Assembly: GCA_046484865.1 (NCBI GenBank)
Contig: JAWOID010000126.1
Span: forward strand, 1 to 24,055
Reading direction: 5' to 3'
Length of the DNA: 24,055 nt
Source of the DNA: Candidatus Krumholzibacteriia bacterium
GTDB lineage: Bacteria; Krumholzibacteriota; Krumholzibacteriia; LZORAL124-64-63
Notes under the pieces: model-generated
Told to the model about the DNA's origin: nothing
Database searches by the model: none
Seen by the model: only the letters and a program-made list of their open reading frames with translations
Program-made: the position numbers and the translations under genes
In this document: in pieces, positions 1-7,326 of the stretch
Numbering within the stretch: position 1 is the first letter of the stretch
Layout: every line of letters starts with the position of its first letter

Positions 1-75
1 CTCAATTCCGGCAATCTCGCCGCTCAAGCCAAAGACGTTCCATTCAAGAACGACGACACTGATGAAGAAGATTAA
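1..75 (+). CDS. possible 3' end of an upstream gene (LNSGNLAAQAKDVPFKNDDTDEED*), lower GC than the rest of the window
   Basis: Frame 1 is open from base 1 to TAA at 73-75 with an acidic tail; bases 1-140 are visibly more AT-rich. Too short to identify. Confidence 0.3.
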   Translation, partial: LNSGNLAAQAKDVPFKNDDTDEED

Positions 76-483
76 CCCCATGAATGCCGCCAGCAGGAAG
101 CTGCTTTGGAATGTTTTGTTATCGCCATGCTCGAAATCCGTCGCTTCGGCAGGATGAGAAGCTGACGAGGGCAGCGATCGAGCGGGCCCGCGGCCGGCGT
201 GGCGTGAACGGACGGTTCGCCATCACGGCCAGAAGCCGGAAACAATTTCCGTGGAATAATGGACCCGTTGCGACTCGCTCGTGATCTTCCTAGACTCGGC
301 GTTCGCCTCCGCGCCGGATGGGGGAGCGGGAGGTCGCCCAGTCGCCACATCGATGCCGTCTGCACCGCGCGCACGCTCCCGTCCGAACTGATGCACCATG
401 CCGGGCGGAGATCTGTGCACCGTGCACGCGACGTGGTCGGGGGATTGCGTCGCGCTGGCGATAACCGACTTGGGGGACCTCAC

Positions 484-3400
484 ATGAACCATCGGCATCG
501 GCGCTTCTTCGGCGCCACCACGCTTGCCACGCTCATCGCCGTGGCTCTTCTCGTACCATCCGTTTCCGCGCAGGACTCGCGCCAGTTGCCCGTCCGGGCG
601 CCGCGGCCTGCCGGGCCGGAACTCCAGGAACTCTCTCAGCAGTTCGAGGCCCGTCTCGAGGCGCAGCGCACGCCGCTGTACTTCGAACTGCTCGCGTCCG
701 ACGATCCCGCGGCGGTGGCGCTGCGGGAGAACCCCTCGATCGAACTCATGTACATCGACGAGCGCGGTCAGCCCGTCTACTACAAGACCATGAACCTCGA
801 CGCCGCCGTGAGCATCGGGACGGACCTCGTCTGGCCCGGTGGCGCCGCGGGATACGCGCTGAGCGGCTCGGGAACGGCCGCCGGCGAGCTCGGCGTGTGG
901 GACGCAGGCGGCGTCCGGGACACGCACCAGGAGCTGACCGGCCGCGTCAACCAGGTGGACAGCCCGGGCAGCCTGCACTTCCACGCCACCCACGTGGCCG
1001 GCACGATGGTGGCCGGGGGCGTGGATCCCGCCGCGCAGGGGATGAGCTTCCAGGCGAACCTCGACGCGTACGACTGGGACAGCGACAACGCCGAGATGGC
1101 CGCGGCCGCGGCCGGCGGCCTGCAGGTCTCGAACCATTCCTATGGCCAGATCACCGGCTGGAACTTCAACACCAACGACAACAACTGGTACTGGTACGGC
1201 GATCTGGGCATCAGCACGACCGAGGACCACGCGTTCGGCTGGTACAATGACCAGGCCGCCGCCTGGGATCAGATCGCCGTCGACGCCCCGTTCTACCTGA
1301 TCGTCAAGTCGGCGGGCAACGACCGCAACGACAACGGTCCGGGAGCGGGCGGCGGCCACTTCCACTGGGACGGCGGCGCCTGGGTGTGGGACACCGACAC
1401 CCACCAGGTCGACGCTCCCACCGGCTACGAGTGCCTGCCGCCGAAGAGTACGGCGAAGAACATCCTGACCATCGGCGCGGTCAACGATATCGCCGGCGGC
1501 TACACGCAGCCCGCGGACGTCGTCCAGTCCGCGTTCAGCAGCTGGGGACCGACCGACGACGGCCGGATCAAGCCCGATGTCGTCGGGAACGGGGTGAGCC
1601 TCTACTCGACCTGGCACACCGACGACGACGACTACAACTCGATCAGCGGCACCTCGATGTCGGCGCCGAGCGTGGCCGGCTCGGCCAACCTGATCGTCGA
1701 GCAGTACGAGGCCGAGAACGGCGCGAGTCCCCGGGCCGCCACCGTGAAGGCGCTCATCCTGCACAGCGCCGACGAGGCGGGGCCCGCGGACGGTCCCGAC
1801 TACATGAACGGCTGGGGCCTCATGAACACCGCGCACGCGGTGGACCTGGTCGCGGGCGAACCGACCGTCTCCGGCATCCACGAGGCGGTGCTCGCCGACG
1901 GCGGGTCCGACACCTACGAGTTCGACCTCGAGACCATGGCCGAGTTCGTGCGCGCCACGATCGTCTGGACGGACCCGGCGGGCACTCCGCCGGCCGCGGC
2001 CGTGGACCCGACCGACTTGATGCTGGTCAACGACCTGGACATCAGGCTCGAGCACGTCGGCAACGCGACCGTGACCATGCCGTGGGTGCTGGATCCGGCC
2101 AACCCGGCCAATGCGGCGGGACGCGGCGACAACACCCGCGACAACGTGGAGCAGACGCATCTGGACGCGGCCGCTCCGGGCACGTACCGGGTGACGGTGA
2201 ACCACAAGGGCGCCCTCGACGGCGGGCAGCAGGCCTACAGCCTGGTGTTCGAGGTCGGCAACCAGGCGCCGGTGGCCGTGTGCGCGCCGGATTCCGCCTA
2301 CGCCGACAGCCTCTGCTGCGCGCGCATCGCGGCCGTCGACCTCGACGGCGGCAGCACCGACCCGGACGGGATCGACGACATCGCCTCGTTCTGCATCACG
2401 TCGATCGACGGCGTGGCGCAGGCGTGCGCGGACACGGTCACGATCTGCGGCGTGGGCGTGCACACGGTGGGCCTGACGGTGATCGACCAGGGCGGGCTGG
2501 CGGACACCTGCATGACGACGGTCGAGATCATCGACATCACGCCGCCGGAGCTCGAGGTCGTCCTGACCCCGGATATGCTCTGGCCGCCGAACCACAAGCT
2601 GGTGCCCATCTCGGCCACCATCACGGTGACGGACAACTGCGACACGGATCCGACGGTGGTTCTCACGTCGTACTCGTCGAACGAGCCGGACAACGGCACC
2701 GGCATCGGCGACGGCAACACCGAGGACGACATCCAGGACGCGACCATCGGCACGCTGGACACCGAGTTCAGCGTGCGGGCCGAGCGGGCCGGACGCCTGA
2801 CCGGTCGCACGTACACCTTCGTCTACACCGCGACCGACGACAGCGGCAACTCGACGGAGGTGGCGGCGGTCGTCTCGGTGCCCCACGACATGGGAGGGAT
2901 GGCGTTCGCGAGCAGCGGCTTCACGGCCGACGGCCTGCTCGCCCATGGCGAGCCGCTCTACACGCTGGTCGTGCCCGCTCCCGCGGTGCCTCTCGAGGAC
3001 GGACGGCTCCGTCGCGACGCTTCCGGTCTGAACGTCGCCGACGTCGACGCGCAGCTCGCCTACGTCGGCAACACCGCCGGCGTGGTGCAGCCGGTCGAGT
3101 ACCGTCTCGCCGACGTGACCGGCGACGGCCACGAGGACCTGGTGCTCGTCTACGAGACCGCGCCGACCCTGGAGATCCTCGCGCGCAGCGACGGCCAGGA
3201 CGGTCCGCTGGGCCTGCACTACCGCACCGACCGGCGCACGACCTATCTCGTGCCCGACATCCAGGCGCTCGGTGAGCCGATCGCGTCCGGCTCGGGCGAG
3301 TTCACGATGCTCGATAAGTCGGTGCCGCAGGCGACGACGGCGCTGAGCCTCCACCCCAACCCGTTCAACCCCAGCACGGTGGTGGCCTTCTCGCTGGCGA

Positions 3401-3606
3401 AGCAGGGCGTCGTGCGCGTGGCGGTCTACGACGTGGCCGGGCGCCTCGTGCGCGAGCTGGCCGCCGGCTTGCACGCCGCGGGAACGCACGAACTCCAGTG
3501 GGACGGCACCGATGACGCCGGCCGGAGCGTCCGCAGCGGCGTCTATCTGGTGAGCATGCGCACCGATGCGGAGCGCCTGACGCAGAAGGCGTTGCTGCTG
3601 AAGTAG
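484..3606 (+). CDS. secreted S8 (subtilisin-like) serine peptidase with C-terminal Cys-rich/Ig-like modules and an FlgD-Ig/T9SS-type C-terminal domain
   Basis: ATG at 484 follows GGGGGA; signal peptide ...LLVPSVSA|QD. Catalytic motifs GVWDAG (Asp), HATHVAGT (His), SAGNDR (oxyanion Asn), SGTSMSAP (Ser). Downstream WTDP..NDLD..NVEQ domain, LWPPNHK module and terminal PNPFNPST...WDGTDDAGRSVRSGVY...LLK. Confidence 0.92.
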   Translation: MNHRHRRFFGATTLATLIAVALLVPSVSAQDSRQLPVRAPRPAGPELQELSQQFEARLEAQRTPLYFELLASDDPAAVALRENPSIELMYIDERGQPVYYKTMNLDAAVSIGTDLVWPGGAAGYALSGSGTAAGELGVWDAGGVRDTHQELTGRVNQVDSPGSLHFHATHVAGTMVAGGVDPAAQGMSFQANLDAYDWDSDNAEMAAAAAGGLQVSNHSYGQITGWNFNTNDNNWYWYGDLGISTTEDHAFGWYNDQAAAWDQIAVDAPFYLIVKSAGNDRNDNGPGAGGGHFHWDGGAWVWDTDTHQVDAPTGYECLPPKSTAKNILTIGAVNDIAGGYTQPADVVQSAFSSWGPTDDGRIKPDVVGNGVSLYSTWHTDDDDYNSISGTSMSAPSVAGSANLIVEQYEAENGASPRAATVKALILHSADEAGPADGPDYMNGWGLMNTAHAVDLVAGEPTVSGIHEAVLADGGSDTYEFDLETMAEFVRATIVWTDPAGTPPAAAVDPTDLMLVNDLDIRLEHVGNATVTMPWVLDPANPANAAGRGDNTRDNVEQTHLDAAAPGTYRVTVNHKGALDGGQQAYSLVFEVGNQAPVAVCAPDSAYADSLCCARIAAVDLDGGSTDPDGIDDIASFCITSIDGVAQACADTVTICGVGVHTVGLTVIDQGGLADTCMTTVEIIDITPPELEVVLTPDMLWPPNHKLVPISATITVTDNCDTDPTVVLTSYSSNEPDNGTGIGDGNTEDDIQDATIGTLDTEFSVRAERAGRLTGRTYTFVYTATDDSGNSTEVAAVVSVPHDMGGMAFASSGFTADGLLAHGEPLYTLVVPAPAVPLEDGRLRRDASGLNVADVDAQLAYVGNTAGVVQPVEYRLADVTGDGHEDLVLVYETAPTLEILARSDGQDGPLGLHYRTDRRTTYLVPDIQALGEPIASGSGEFTMLDKSVPQATTALSLHPNPFNPSTVVAFSLAKQGVVRVAVYDVAGRLVRELAAGLHAAGTHELQWDGTDDAGRSVRSGVYLVSMRTDAERLTQKALLLK

Positions 3607-3665
3607 CTGCTGAAGTAGCTGCTGGAGTAGCTGCCGGAGCGGCTGCTGAAGTCGCTGCTGGAGAC
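3594..3665 (+). repeat. six degenerate 12-bp tandem repeats (GCTGCTGAAGTA) spanning the peptidase stop codon
   Basis: Units GCTGCTGAAGTA, GCTGCTGAAGTA, GCTGCTGGAGTA, GCTGCCGGAGCG, GCTGCTGAAGTC, GCTGCTGGAGAC. Confidence 0.9.
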
Positions 3666-3680
3666 AAGAAGGGACCAGTT

Positions 3681-3740
3681 CGAGAGCCCGCCCGGGGCTC
3701 TCGCAGACGAGCGGGGCCGGCGGTGTACCGTCGGCCCCGC
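3681..3740. terminator. two GC-rich hairpins between convergent genes, possible bidirectional terminator or RNA-stabilising stems
   Basis: CGAGAGCCC-GCCCG-GGGCTCTCG (3681-3703) and GCGGGGCCGGCGGT-GT-ACCGTCGGCCCCGC (3711-3740). No clear U-tract. Confidence 0.5.
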
Positions 3741-3745
3741 GGCCT

Positions 3746-5524
3746 TCAGAACCGGACGTTGCATTGAACGCTCGAGGTCAACGTCCGGTACACGGTATTG
3801 TCGAAGTACCTGGTACGGGTCTCCAGTTGCAGGTGCGATCCGAGCGGAACCGCGAGGTAGCCGCCTGCGCTGCCGCCGAGATCTCCCGCGTCGTTTTGCG
3901 AGCCCGCGGTTTCGACGCCGACGACTCCGGCTTTGGAGAAGCCCCACCGCCACCCCAGGCTGACGCCCTGCACCAGGAAGTTCCGGGGCGAGAAGTACCG
4001 CGTGTCTTCGCGGGCGTAATCGAGATAGAACAGGTTGTAGCCGAGCACGAGCCGGTGCGAACCGAGCCCCAGCAGCGGTCCGAAATCGTAGCCTCCGCCG
4101 GCGACGGCGGTGATGCGGTCGTTGGTGCCGGGGCTGATGTCGAGGACAGCGTCGTCGCCGGCATCGTCGACCTGCCCGATCGATCCCACCAGGTAGATGA
4201 ACGAGCCGCGGAGCGGCGCGCCCGACAGGGCGGCGTGCCATTCATCGAGAGCCACCTGCTGGCGGATGGCACCGATGATCATGCCGCCGGTGCCGGCCTC
4301 GTAGAACGGAGCGACGGGAGATTCGTCGACGGGCTCCTCGACCAGCAGCCGGTTGCGGAAGCCGATGCGGATCGACGTCGGCGGACCTGGCAAGCGCGCC
4401 TTCGCCTCGACTCCCCAGGCGTGGAACGGCGCATCCTGCCGATACTCGGGGAAGCGATGATTGCGGTAGAATCCGCCGAACTGGACGCCACCGGGTAGCG
4501 GATGCCGCAGTTGAAGCCCGGCGGTCGCGAACTCCAGGTTCTGCGCGTCGGTCTGGAACCGGCTGTAGGAACCCTCGAGCCGCGCCTCGACGTCGCGCGG
4601 GAGCCTGAAGGTCAAGAGGACGCCGCTGCTCCGGCGTTCGACTCCCGAGAGCGGCTCGTTGCGCAGCGTTCCGAAGACGCGCGCTCTCGGCGCGCTGGCC
4701 GCGTCGATCGCCGCGAACAGCGGTGCATCCTCCTCGGCCCTTCCGACCACCTCCCGGCCGTGCATCGCGTGGCGACGCGCCGCGACGGGCCGGTCCTCCT
4801 GCAAGGCGATCCGGGCCAGACCCAGGTGCGGTCGCGGATCGTCGGGCACGATTGCGCGCGCGCGGTCGTTGAGAGTGCGGGCGAGGCCCAGCTTCCCGTT
4901 CCACTGCGCCACCCGGGCGCGCCCCACCAGCGCCTCGACATGCTCGGGGTCGGCCGCGAGCAGCCTGTCGTACTCGACCGCGGCCTCGCGACCGCGCCCG
5001 GACCAGGACAGCGCCCGCGCCAGGCCGAGGCGAGCGTCGGGGTCGTCGTGCGCACGCAGTCCGGCCCGGTAGTTCTCGGCGGCTCCTTGCTGGTCCCCCA
5101 CGAAGAGGGAGAGTGCCCGGCCGAGCGCGAAGCGGGTCTCGGGATCCTCGGGTCTGGCCGCCGCCAGCTCGCGCAGCTCACGCACCGCCCGGTCGCGATG
5201 CCCGGCGGCATCCAGCATGATGGTGATGCGCTTGCGCCGCCACGGGTCGTCGCCGGGATCGAGCTGCTGGCAGCGATCGGCCGCCTCGACGGCGGCGTCG
5301 ACGTCGCCCGCCCGGAGGTTGGCCCAGGTCAGGCCCTGCCACGCGGCCTTGCTGTCCGGGTGCTGGCACGCGATGGCGGCGAACGCCGCGCGGGCCTCCT
5401 CGACCTGACCGTCGCCGAGCAGGCGGTAACCCTCGGAGATGGTGGAAACGGCCGTCGCATCGCCGCTCGCAGGAACGGCGACGGCCAGCAGTAGACATCC
5501 AAGCACGAATCCGCGGCTGCTCAT
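3746..5524 (-). CDS. TPR-repeat protein with C-terminal outer-membrane beta-barrel; putative polysaccharide export porin (BcsC/PgaA-like architecture)
   Basis: Signal peptide; TPR-like helical repeats (AWQGLTWA, RFALGRAL, RLGLARALSWSG, ALVGRARVAQW); about 16 amphipathic strands counted by eye; YFSP motif; terminal Phe (CNVRF). Confidence 0.78.
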   Translation of the reverse strand: MSSRGFVLGCLLLAVAVPASGDATAVSTISEGYRLLGDGQVEEARAAFAAIACQHPDSKAAWQGLTWANLRAGDVDAAVEAADRCQQLDPGDDPWRRKRITIMLDAAGHRDRAVRELRELAAARPEDPETRFALGRALSLFVGDQQGAAENYRAGLRAHDDPDARLGLARALSWSGRGREAAVEYDRLLAADPEHVEALVGRARVAQWNGKLGLARTLNDRARAIVPDDPRPHLGLARIALQEDRPVAARRHAMHGREVVGRAEEDAPLFAAIDAASAPRARVFGTLRNEPLSGVERRSSGVLLTFRLPRDVEARLEGSYSRFQTDAQNLEFATAGLQLRHPLPGGVQFGGFYRNHRFPEYRQDAPFHAWGVEAKARLPGPPTSIRIGFRNRLLVEEPVDESPVAPFYEAGTGGMIIGAIRQQVALDEWHAALSGAPLRGSFIYLVGSIGQVDDAGDDAVLDISPGTNDRITAVAGGGYDFGPLLGLGSHRLVLGYNLFYLDYAREDTRYFSPRNFLVQGVSLGWRWGFSKAGVVGVETAGSQNDAGDLGGSAGGYLAVPLGSHLQLETRTRYFDNTVYRTLTSSVQCNVRF

Positions 5525-7326
5525 TCCACCACCTGGTCTGTTGAGAGGAACTGGTATGTCAGCGCGCGGGGGGGAGCTCCGTCCTCGCGGATCGCCGCCA
5601 CGGCGAGGGCCACGCCCGGCGGCAGCGGCAGCCGCACCGGCTGCCGCACCGTGCCGGTGGCGTCGGTGATGAGCCGGTGGACGACGTCGGCGTAACGGCT
5701 GGCGTCGGTCACGACCAGGATCACCTCGCGGTCAGTGACCGGCTCGGCTCGGGAATTCCGCGCCCGGACGACGAGTTCGCGCCAGGAGCCCTGCCCGTTG
5801 ACGGTGAGGTCGAGGTCGATCTGCGCCGCGGGGGGCACCACGGTCCGGCGGGTGCGGACGACTGTCTCCAGGCCATCCCGCAGCGCGAGGTCGAGTCGCA
5901 CCGGCTCTTTGGCCGCGACCGGAAGGCCGAGGCGACCGCGCAGCCAGTCGCCCTCGCGGACGACCGGGACCTCCAGCTCTGGGCCGCCGTCGATCGAGCA
6001 GCTCACCAGCGCCTCGGCGCGGGACGGATGGTGGATCTCCACGTCCACCTGGCGCGACGGTAGCGAGCCCGAACGCGGCAGCGTGAACACGGCCCGGTTC
6101 CACTCGCGCAGCGCCTGCAGCGCGGGCCGCTCGCGGCCTCGCCGGTCTCCGATCTCGTCCATGGCCAGCAGACCGAACCACTCCTCGGGATCGTCCGGGT
6201 CGTGGACGTTCTCGTCGCCGGGCCGGTCGTTATCCTTCCACCAGCCGTCGTTCCACATGAAGGCCGCGCCGCCGGCGCCGCCGCCGGCCACGATGGCCTC
6301 GGCCAGCCGGGGCATGATCTCGGCATGCTCGGCCTCGTCCACCCCGCCTGGGCCGTCCGGTCCCGCCCTCGCAGCCGGGGCGACCGACTGCCCGAACTCG
6401 GTGACGAGCAGGGGTCGGTCGCCCGAGAGCCCGCTCGACCAGAGCCGGACCATCCCCTCGTAGCCGACCGCGTCGACCAGGATGCCGGGCCGGAACGGGT
6501 ACAGGTTGGCCGACTGGAAGTCGAGCGTCTCCTCGCGGAGCATCTCGGCTCCCGGCCAGTTCGAGAACGACACCAGCGCGCCGGGATCGAGATGCCGGAC
6601 GGCGACCGCGATCTCGCGCAGCAGCGCCCGTGTCCCGTCGATGCCCTGGTCTAGGACATGTCCCGGGGTCGGCTCGTTCATCACCAGATAGCCCACCACG
6701 GCGTTGCTCTCGCGCGAGTAGGCGACCACCTCGCGGACGCGGGCGAGCGCACGCGAGCGGAAGCCCGGATCGCCGAAATCGCCCTGCGGATCGACCCAGA
6801 TGCCCTGCAGGACCGCCAGGTCGTGCCGTTCCGCGAGCGTCAGCTCTTCCGCCGTGAGCGCATCCCAGGTGCGGATGGTATTGAATCCGGCCTCGCGGAT
6901 GCGACGAAAGTCCTCGTCCACGGCCTTCGGGTCGAGGGTCCGCTCCCAGGGCAGTTCCCCCGGCCGTGCCGGGTCCCAGCCGACGCCCTTGACCAGGAAC
7001 TTCTCCCCGCCGCGGAAGATCCAGTCGCCCCGGACCTCGGCCCGGGGGCGCTGCAGGGCCGGCAGGGACGCGTAGTCGCGCACCACCGCGGTCGCGATGA
7101 CCGCGGCATACGCGACGATCAGCAGCGCCACCCCGAGCACGCGGCGCAGCCCTCCGCGGCGCCGCGGCGGCGGCGGCATCATCAGGTCGAGGTCGCCGGG
7201 GAGGCTGGTCGTCGTGCGCTCCGGTCCGTCGACACCGGGGCCGCCGCGGACATCCTCGACGACGGATATCTCGTCCGGTCGGCCTGCCTCCAGGGGGGCA
7301 TTCGGGGGTCGCATCGATGGGCTCAT
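5521..7326 (-). CDS. membrane-anchored clan GH-A TIM-barrel glycoside hydrolase (GH2-C/GH5-like) with C-terminal Ig-like domains
   Basis: Single N-terminal TM after an Arg-rich stretch; FLVKGVGW, AGFNTIRTW, acid/base MNEP, nucleophile VTEFG, EEWFGL. ATGA overlaps with both neighbours. Confidence 0.82.
   Translation of the reverse strand: MSPSMRPPNAPLEAGRPDEISVVEDVRGGPGVDGPERTTTSLPGDLDLMMPPPPRRRGGLRRVLGVALLIVAYAAVIATAVVRDYASLPALQRPRAEVRGDWIFRGGEKFLVKGVGWDPARPGELPWERTLDPKAVDEDFRRIREAGFNTIRTWDALTAEELTLAERHDLAVLQGIWVDPQGDFGDPGFRSRALARVREVVAYSRESNAVVGYLVMNEPTPGHVLDQGIDGTRALLREIAVAVRHLDPGALVSFSNWPGAEMLREETLDFQSANLYPFRPGILVDAVGYEGMVRLWSSGLSGDRPLLVTEFGQSVAPAARAGPDGPGGVDEAEHAEIMPRLAEAIVAGGGAGGAAFMWNDGWWKDNDRPGDENVHDPDDPEEWFGLLAMDEIGDRRGRERPALQALREWNRAVFTLPRSGSLPSRQVDVEIHHPSRAEALVSCSIDGGPELEVPVVREGDWLRGRLGLPVAAKEPVRLDLALRDGLETVVRTRRTVVPPAAQIDLDLTVNGQGSWRELVVRARNSRAEPVTDREVILVVTDASRYADVVHRLITDATGTVRQPVRLPLPPGVALAVAAIREDGAPPRALTYQFLSTDQVVE

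Noticed and set aside
70..125. Integron attC site (TAAC...GTT after a stop codon)
   Set aside because: Ends do not match RYYYAAC/GTTRRRY and there is no convincing L-box pairing.
1..222. Minus-strand open frame with a hydrophobic stretch (FLLAAFMGLIFFISVVVL)
   Set aside because: No convincing start or RBS; could be the antisense of the plus-strand acidic tail. Cannot be resolved without upstream sequence.
223..3489. 1088-aa antisense ORF and the many other long overlapping ORFs (e.g. 1386-3275, 7317-9785, 15092-17287, 19265-21400)
   Set aside because: Shadow ORFs expected from high GC3 bias; they have Arg/Gly/Ala-rich or motif-free translations opposite or out of frame with clearly identifiable genes.
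3594..3665. Possible CRISPR array
   Set aside because: 12-bp head-to-tail units with no spacers and no cas genes nearby.
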